Positions 58,731 through 64,000 of a DNA stretch of 64,000 bases are shown here, piece by piece. The stretch is from positions 1,798,001 to 1,862,000 of the forward strand of contig SMSO01000025.1 in assembly GCA_004764695.1 (NCBI GenBank). Reading direction: 5' to 3'. The position numbers and the translations under genes were made by a program. Each line of letters begins with the position of its first letter. Position 1 is the stretch's first letter. A model generated the notes under the pieces. The model was given only the letters and a program-made list of their open reading frames with translations. It searched no databases and was not told where the DNA came from. The DNA is from Schizochytrium sp. TIO01. Taxonomy: Eukaryota; Protista; Bigyra: Labyrinthulomycetes.

Positions 58731-61700
58731 TTACAACTCAGCGAGCTCAACATTTGATGTGCCCACATGTCTGCGTGGGGCAAAGCTTGTGTTAGAAAGA
58801 ACGTGCTCGCTATCCAAATCGGCACTGGAGGGAGGAGTGTATTTGCTAGTAGATGAGGATGTGTTGGCTCCATGGGGTGATCTGTGGTGAAGACCACTAC
58901 TGCTGTTGCTAATGAGAGCCGTGGCACCATTCTCAAGGTCGCCAGCTGTGGAAGCACCATCATTGCTGCTGGAGGATGGCGGAACAGAGCGTTTGCAAGG
59001 GCACCAGGAAGGCATGTAGGCCATGACGACTGAGGTACCCACGCGAAAGATAATAATAACAGCGAGTGCGCCAATCGACAGAGGTAGCATCAAATACCAG
59101 TAGTCCAAAAAGTAGACAAAGATGAGGGAGAACACCATCTGCCAAAGTTGCATTGGAAATCCGAAGCGCATGAAGTCCATGAACACATAGTTACCAACGT
59201 TCAGAACCATCATGTTGGTCTGGTAACCATAGGGCGTAGAGAAGGATGCAGAGGCGGCAAGCATGAGGATGTAGACCATTTGACGCACGCAGGTGGAGCT
59301 ACCATCAGATGCGTCCGCGCAACTTCCCTTTGCAGCGGTAAGGGCAATGTCAAACATGAGTACAGCAGCACTGTTGTTGGAGAGAACCATAGAAAGCAAA
59401 AATGTAGCCAGGTAAACAGCCGTGAGGACACCAATGTAACCAGTATTCATCAGTGCAGCGAGATCCACAAGTCCGTTACCAATGACAGCAGCCACACCAG
59501 TGTTGGAGAGAGCATTACTCAGACCAAAGGCAGAGGCAACTGTAACAATGACATCCCAAGATACGGAATCGCGAGCAGCCTGAGGAGTTAGCACTCCAGC
59601 GAATAGCATAAGACCTGCTACAACAATAGCCAAGGCGACAAGGCTAACGTAATCCTTGAATACGACGTAAAGAACCAGCATGATGATTGTGGAGATGATG
59701 GACAAGTAGAACTTGTCAAAACGGGGTGGCGCAGAATCATTAATCTCAGTGACCAAAAGAAAGTTTGAGTTGTCACGGTAGCGCTGCACAAAGGTCGGAC
59801 CAGTATCGAGAATCAGCACATCACCAGCGCGGAGTTCAATGTCACCGATCTTGGAGAGCACGCGGCGACCCTGGCGATGTACAGCAATAATTGCAGCCTC
59901 GTACAAGGTACGGAATTTGGCTTCGCGAACGGTCTTACCAACAAGCGGGGATCGCATGCTAATCACAACTTCCACCAGGCGACGCTGTACTGGTTGAACC
60001 TTGAGCTTGTCAGATTGAGAATCGGGCATACTAAGACCAGGAATGCGACGGAGAGTAGATACCGCATCGCGCTCACCAGCAAACCAGAGCATGTCGTTCG
60101 CTTGAAGAACAAGTTCGGGGCCAGCCACATGCTCAAGGCCACCGCCCTCATGTTCAACAGCGACAAGGAAGAGACCAGGAAGGCCACGAAGGCCAGCACT
60201 CTCGACAGTTTGTCCGACGAGGTTGCGGGCACCACGGAGCTGGGTGGTCTCGCAGACGCGCATAGGGATCAAAAACTCGCGCTCGAGATCCAATTGAGAA
60301 GCGTTAGCGATTTGTCCAATGCCCCCGATATGAGAGCTGTCACGAGCTTGCTCCATCAGTACTTCATCAGATATGTATGGCTTGATGTCTTGTGCAATTT
60401 CAGGACGCGCCCAATCAAAATCATTACCTGTCACAAGAAGAAGAACATCACCGACCTCAAGCTGGATACGCCCCAAGTTTCCGCGAATGCTGACCTGATC
60501 ACCGGCACGGTAAAGCGAGAGAATTGCTGCATCATAGCGCTTACGGAAATCCACCTCCTTGGCTGTCTTTCCTTCAAGGTTGCTGCCAGCACGTACGACT
60601 ACCTTGATAATTCTTTCATCGAACGTGTTGCGACGAACGGATGCAGTGCGAGGGCGGCTGTCACTATCCTTGACTGCAGCGACAGAAGCACCTGTTGAGT
60701 CCCAGCCGATGGGTTCATAGCCCTGGATCTCCGTGACCGGGTCGAGGGCATCACCTTCGAATCCTACAAAAGTCTCCTCGCCGTACAAGTGACGGTCCTC
60801 GTTGGCATCAGTAACAAGCTCAAATCCATTCTTGAAGCAGAACTCGCCAAAGTGGTCAACCAAACCAGTGAAGAAGAGAATGTCGTTGACGTTGATGACA
60901 AATTCGGGACCAACAGCATTGTGCATGCGCTCTCCACGTTGAACACTGGTAAGGTAAAGTCCATCCAATCCACGAAGACCAGCCTCGTCTACAGCTTTGC
61001 CAATGACCGGTGAATATTGAGTAACAATGCAGGCGACAGTAAAGTCACGACCGATGCCGGCCGGAACCATGGCTTCCTCGTCAAAATCCTCTTCATTATC
61101 TGATTTCTTAGACTTCTTTTTCTTCTTCTTGCTCGAGTCATCGTCAAGTCCAAGAGCACGCTTTGAGCGACGCTCCAGTTCCTTGAAATCTGGGAGCAGA
61201 ACAGGTGCGAGGAGAATAATGTAGACAACACCTGTCATTGCAGTCGGGATTCCGACAACAGCGATATCAAAGAGTCCAATGGTTTGACCTGGGAAGGCAG
61301 TCTCGAATTTACCCAAAACGACAAGTTGGTGCTTGTACCGATGAGGGTAATGGTTCCACCAAGGATAGAAGCGTATGAGAGCGGGATCATGAGTTGCGAG
61401 ACGGGCTGGTTGATTCTGCGCGCCCAACGCTTGGATAAGAGGAATCATAATAGCACAAAGAGGAGTGTTGTTCAAAAATGCAGAAGCTCCAATGATGGGA
61501 AGCATGAGGCGGATCTGCGCCATGTTGATATTTTTGGGGCGACCCAGGACCTTACCAAAGATGTGATCGAGAGCACCCGTGTAGTTGATACCAGCTGCGA
61601 CAACGTAAAGAATTGCAACGGTGAGCACAGCAGAGCTGGCAAAGCCTTCCAAAGCCTCTGAGGTGGTGATAACTTGGCCAATCATGAGCAGACTCAGGGT

Positions 61701-61811
61701 GCCCACAAGGGCAAAGTCTGCAGGGATCCAGTCCTTGACGAGGACCACGAACATGATGAGGAGGCACCCGATGGTGTACCATCCTTCCCAGCCGAAGCCA
61801 ATGTCTGCCAT
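58731..61811 (-). CDS. SLC13/SLT Na+/sulfate cotransporter, copy 2 (tandem paralogue), containing a compensated frameshift pair at about 61431 and 61325
   Basis: Same N-terminus [15 protein letters not shown] and same domain layout as copy 1. About 35 residues are out of frame; the alternative frame reads [35 protein letters not shown]. Confidence 0.92.
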   Translation of the reverse strand: MADIGFGWEGWYTIGCLLIMFVVLVKDWIPADFALVGTLSLLMIGQVITTSEALEGFASSAVLTVAILYVVAAGINYTGALDHIFGKVLGRPKNINMAQIRLMLPIIGASAFLNNTPLCAIMIPLIQALGAQNQPARLATHDPALIRFYPWWNHYPHRYKHQLVVLGKFETAFPGQTIGLFDIAVVGIPTAMTGVVYIILLAPVLLPDFKELERRSKRALGLDDDSSKKKKKKSKKSDNEEDFDEEAMVPAGIGRDFTVACIVTQYSPVIGKAVDEAGLRGLDGLYLTSVQRGERMHNAVGPEFVINVNDILFFTGLVDHFGEFCFKNGFELVTDANEDRHLYGEETFVGFEGDALDPVTEIQGYEPIGWDSTGASVAAVKDSDSRPRTASVRRNTFDERIIKVVVRAGSNLEGKTAKEVDFRKRYDAAILSLYRAGDQVSIRGNLGRIQLEVGDVLLLVTGNDFDWARPEIAQDIKPYISDEVLMEQARDSSHIGGIGQIANASQLDLEREFLIPMRVCETTQLRGARNLVGQTVESAGLRGLPGLFLVAVEHEGGGLEHVAGPELVLQANDMLWFAGERDAVSTLRRIPGLSMPDSQSDKLKVQPVQRRLVEVVISMRSPLVGKTVREAKFRTLYEAAIIAVHRQGRRVLSKIGDIELRAGDVLILDTGPTFVQRYRDNSNFLLVTEINDSAPPRFDKFYLSIISTIIMLVLYVVFKDYVSLVALAIVVAGLMLFAGVLTPQAARDSVSWDVIVTVASAFGLSNALSNTGVAAVIGNGLVDLAALMNTGYIGVLTAVYLATFLLSMVLSNNSAAVLMFDIALTAAKGSCADASDGSSTCVRQMVYILMLAASASFSTPYGYQTNMMVLNVGNYVFMDFMRFGFPMQLWQMVFSLIFVYFLDYWYLMLPLSIGALAVIIIFRVGTSVVMAYMPSWCPCKRSVPPSSSSNDGASTAGDLENGATALISNSSSGLHHRSPHGANTSSSTSKYTPPSSADLDSEHVLSNTSFAPRRHVGTSNVELAEL

Positions 61812-62297
61812 TTTTCACAGAACAGGAGTAAGAGGCCTTTGTTTACGACCTGCTTGGATCAAGTCTTCAGGAGCTGCTTTTCTTCGCAGCGAGCCGTCAA
61901 GATATAGGTTATGAAAAACGCCTGCGCTGTAAGACCTCGCCCTTTCAAAGACCTTACGCACTTCTCAGACAATACGCAATCTATTACACGAGCACTCTTA
62001 TCGCCTCAAGGCCTTGCGCAGGTTCGCGCTGCCTCGGCGTCGTGCCGTTCGGGTTTTGCTTTCTGTTGCTGCCGCCCGCAAGCGAGTAGCGAGCGAGCGA
62101 AGCTAGCTAGCTAGCGCTAGCTCTTCTTTAAATGTCGCACAGGAAAGTTTTATCGCGGTCTATACCGCATCCTTTTAAAACAAACTCCTCTTTCCCCTCA
62201 CAGCTTTAAGAAGACCTTTCTCTGCCCTCAAAATTGGTATCAACAAACGCACCAAACCTCCTAACCCCCCGATATTTATGTTTTAAAGACGAGGGTC

Positions 62298-62506
62298 ATA
62301 GAGACAGAGACAGAGTCAGAGTCAGTGTCAGAGACAAAGTCAGAGTCAGAGTCAGAGACAAAGACAAAGACAAAGACAAAGACAAAGACAAAGACAAAGA
62401 AGACAAAGCGAGAGAAAGGAAAAAGAGAGGGTCAAACCTCTTTTGCTTCTTATCACCAAAAGAAAAGAGCTCGTCCAGACAGAGAAAAGAGACGGAGATG
62501 TACAAG

Positions 62507-62592
<86 letters not shown>
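62298..62592. repeat. Hexamer runs (GAGACA/GAGTCA/GACAAA)n and long (AAAG)n upstream of SLT copy 2
   Basis: Directly visible. Confidence 0.93.
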
Positions 62593-62593
<1 letters not shown>

Positions 62594-64000
62594 GCAAATG
62601 TTTTATTTTACAGAATGAAAGGTGATGAAAAGGTGGAAAAAGAAGAACAGTCACTTAATGGAATGGAAAGAAAGACGTCAGACACGGGAAAGGCATGTCA
62701 GAACGTAGTGGCTGCATCCATGCATCCATGCGTCCATCCATCCACCCATCGGTGGGTGGAAGCAGAGGGAGTGGGCGATGAGGGTCCTCTCCTCTCCCGC
62801 ACGCACTGTCGTTGGCCGAAGAGGCAGTCTCAGGCGGCCTAAACTAAAACTAAGCGCGAGTGAGCGATGGGTTTCTTTCTTTCTTTCTTTCTTTCTTTCA
62901 TCAGACTCCTTTGATCTAGAGATTTCCCCAAATGAAAGCGAGTTAAAGTAAGGGAAAGTAAAAAGGAAAGGAAAGGAAAGGAAAGGAAAGCCCTTGTTTT
63001 CAATGATTTATTTATTTGTTTATTTATGTAATCAATCATTCATTCATTCACTCACTCACTTACTCACTCACCTATCAATCAACTGCATCGACGCAAGATC
63101 GTCATCAAATCCTCGCAAAAGCGATCCAAACAAGCGTCACGCATCGTTCACTTAGAATAATAGCGCAGCACTGTTTCCCTCTCTGCTCCACATCCGCATT
63201 TCCTCGTGATTATCGTTACTACGCCGTCTTAGTTAGCATCTTCCCTTCACCTGCTGTTATTATTATTGTTATTATTACTTTCTTTTAAATTAAAGTAAAG
63301 AACTAACTCTAAGACTACCGTCATTTTACAATAAAAATATAAAAAAAAAACTAGTTTTTTTATAGTAATTGTAATTCTGGGACTCCAGCCAGGAGGAGAA
63401 TCCGCTCCAACAGCTGCAAATGATGCCTTCGGCCGCGCCTATCAGTGCGACTTCGCGGTATCTCTGCACGCAAAGCAGGTCCATGAGGAGGCAGCTTCTT
63501 CCTTCTCTTTATATATGCATACACTCATCGTGGCTCTCCAAAACTGGCCTCTCGGCTTTTTTACTTCATAGGGAGCAAGTGACTGACACCGGGTGGCTTC
63601 CTGATACGCCGGGACAGTGTCCCCACAGCTTTCTGTATATCATATAGACAGACCTATAACATGAGAATCCCACGATCGGCCTTTAGAGGGCGTAGTGCTA
63701 TCAATCGATCGATCATTCGATCAATCGATGCTGCGCTTGCATGAGTGAAAACTCGGGTCAATGCATATCACTCGCGGAGCCGATGAGAACCTCGCAAGAG
63801 GGTAGTGCGTGCGGCATGTATGTTTTGAAGCAGCATGTGTGAAGGCTGCGTTGGCTTGGTTTGATAGAGTTGGAGGAACCTTACTTGGAGTTCATCTCGA
63901 TCAGCTATGTGACAAGAACCAAATGAGGAAAATTTGCAAGATCTCAGACAGGCTCGGAGTGGAGAGCATTTTCCTCGCAAGCTCGACGTCGTCCTGCTAA

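Noticed and set aside
23771-61432. A genome-wide programmed frameshifting system
   Set aside because: Mixed +1 and -1 directions, no common motif and homopolymer contexts make assembly error far more parsimonious. Kept only as a checkable finding.
62234-62842. 202-aa charged ORF
   Set aside because: Built from hexamer and AAAG repeats.
63768-64000. Possible 3' end of a minus-strand gene at the window edge
   Set aside because: The frames are short or interrupted and I recognised no motif.

Overview
Eukaryotic nuclear DNA, not prokaryotic. It has GT-AG introns, eukaryote-specific genes (DDX27/DRS1, UTP6, anamorsin/Dre2) and intergenic tracts rich in (GAAT)n and (AAAG)n. Gene content and style suggest a stramenopile protist, probably a thraustochytrid (inference). 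About 16 protein genes can be supported: a window-truncated coiled-coil gene, a 4-exon Rid/YjgF deaminase, a SWEET transporter, a DUF4833 protein, a mucin/EGF type-I membrane protein, anamorsin, a C12orf56/DUF4551-like gene, a membrane-anchored sulfotransferase, a large multi-TM class-3 lipase, an RGG-WD40 protein, a Cu/Zn-SOD-fold protein, DDX27, an IQ-ankyrin protein, UTP6 and two tandem SLT/SAC1-type Na+/sulfate transporters. The most notable items are: (1) a SOD1-fold pseudoenzyme with an intact ORF and strong codon bias that has lost most of its catalytic residues; (2) a lipase fused to a membrane module with Wntless/TMEM181-like topology; (3) convergent UTP6 and SLT genes whose stop codons overlap; (4) six single-base frameshifts in five genes, most likely assembly indel errors. 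I recognised no tRNA, rRNA, CRISPR array or transposase.
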